The notes below the pieces were generated by a model. It saw only the letters and a list, made by a program, of their open reading frames with translations. It made no database searches and had not been told where the DNA came from. A program made the position numbers and the translations under genes. A stretch of 38,926 nt of DNA, from sequence record SRR31156797_7709; one strand, 5' to 3'. Below, piece after piece: positions 38,097-38,926 of the stretch; the first letter of the stretch is position 1; every line of letters begins with the position of its first letter.

Positions 38097-38600
38097 TTAT
38101 AACTTATCCTGATATGCTCCAGCTGAATAGGTCAGCTCATAACTATGTGAGTATAATTCAAGTATATTTCCGAAAGGATCCTCGCAATATACCATCCTGT
38201 ATGGTTTTTCTCCGGGGTAATACTCTCTTATCGGCATCCTTTGTTTTCCACCATTTTCGACAATTTTTGCAGCAAGACCCTCAATATCAGGATCTTGAAC
38301 AGCAAAGTGAAACACCCCGTTCTTCCAAAATTCGAAGTTGTCATCGCGAAGTTCAGCATTTTTAAATTCAAAGATTTCAACACCGATCTTATCACCGGTG
38401 GCCAGGTGGGCAATTTTAAATCGTTCCCAATCATGGCCGAAAACGTCATCACACATCACTCCTATTGCGGAATCGTCTGATACAATCTCTGTAGGAGGCA
38501 TGATGACATACCATCCAAATACTTTGGTGTAAAATTCTACGGCTTTTTCAAGATTCGTTACGGATATTCCAATATGAGAGAATGTTCTCGGATATGTCAT
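38097..38600 (-). CDS. VOC/glyoxalase (lactoylglutathione lyase-like) family protein
   Basis: FSHIGISV, VEIFEF, FHFAVQDPD and EDPFGNILE. AGGAG RBS. Confidence 0.9.
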   Translation of the reverse strand: MTYPRTFSHIGISVTNLEKAVEFYTKVFGWYVIMPPTEIVSDDSAIGVMCDDVFGHDWERFKIAHLATGDKIGVEIFEFKNAELRDDNFEFWKNGVFHFAVQDPDIEGLAAKIVENGGKQRMPIREYYPGEKPYRMVYCEDPFGNILELYSHSYELTYSAGAYQDKL

Positions 38601-38926
38601 TGTTGTCTCCTGTCTTTGTGCGCGTATACCAGGGATAGACCGACAAATAATGAAAGTTTGGTGGCAAGCTCGGTGGCTAACGCTGTGGTTGTTTTAACTC
38701 AGTTCCATGTGTTTTTAAGGTATAGCCTGCAAAGGTTACCTCCCAACAATTACACTATAGTGGACTAAAAGCTCAGCTATCCTGCCTTGGGAGCAATTGT
38801 GGCAAAATGTTTTTTGTTAAAATCTGTTAATCGCAAGAGCGATGCTGAGCAGCTGAGATGTTCTCAACTGGAAGCATCCAGCATCCCCCTCTCCACAACT
38901 ATAAACAGCAACGCCCTCTGTAAAAA

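Noticed and set aside
38601-38926. Palindrome CACTATAGTG (38753-38762) and an imperfect hairpin near 38841-38878
   Set aside because: Both are short or imperfect and could arise by chance; the context is cut off by the window edge.

Overview
Bacterial chromosomal window. Gene content suggests a sulfate-reducing Desulfobacterota member, possibly Desulfocapsaceae/Desulfobulbales; this is inferred, not checked. 1-11150 (+): the 3' part of a Mop-type molybdenum aldehyde oxidoreductase, followed by nine translationally coupled accessory genes of the DVU_1551-1558 type. These encode an Fe-S/CCG oxidoreductase, a small Cys protein, a methyltransferase, a C-GCAxxG-C-C protein, a radical SAM enzyme with MJ0619/tetraether-synthase-like motifs, a PaaK-like ligase, XdhC, a MocA-HD fusion and a histidine phosphatase. 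Next come ilvBN (-) and an AT-rich three-gene cassette (lipoprotein, helical hypothetical protein, DUF900 hydrolase) behind a near-consensus sigma54 promoter with NtrC-like upstream half-sites. The rest holds a stand-alone phnX, a hoxEFUYH bidirectional NiFe hydrogenase operon without hoxW, a secreted GDPD, and rubrerythrin plus a rubredoxin/FMN-glutamate-synthase fusion under a candidate PerR box. It ends with a large SLT-domain protein, a CMP-kinase-like gene with trkAH, an AttE/F/G/H-like ABC-lipocalin cassette and a VOC-family gene. No tRNA, rRNA, CRISPR array or transposase was seen. The best candidates for an uncharacterised system are the Mop-linked radical SAM cluster and the sigma54-driven lipoprotein cassette.
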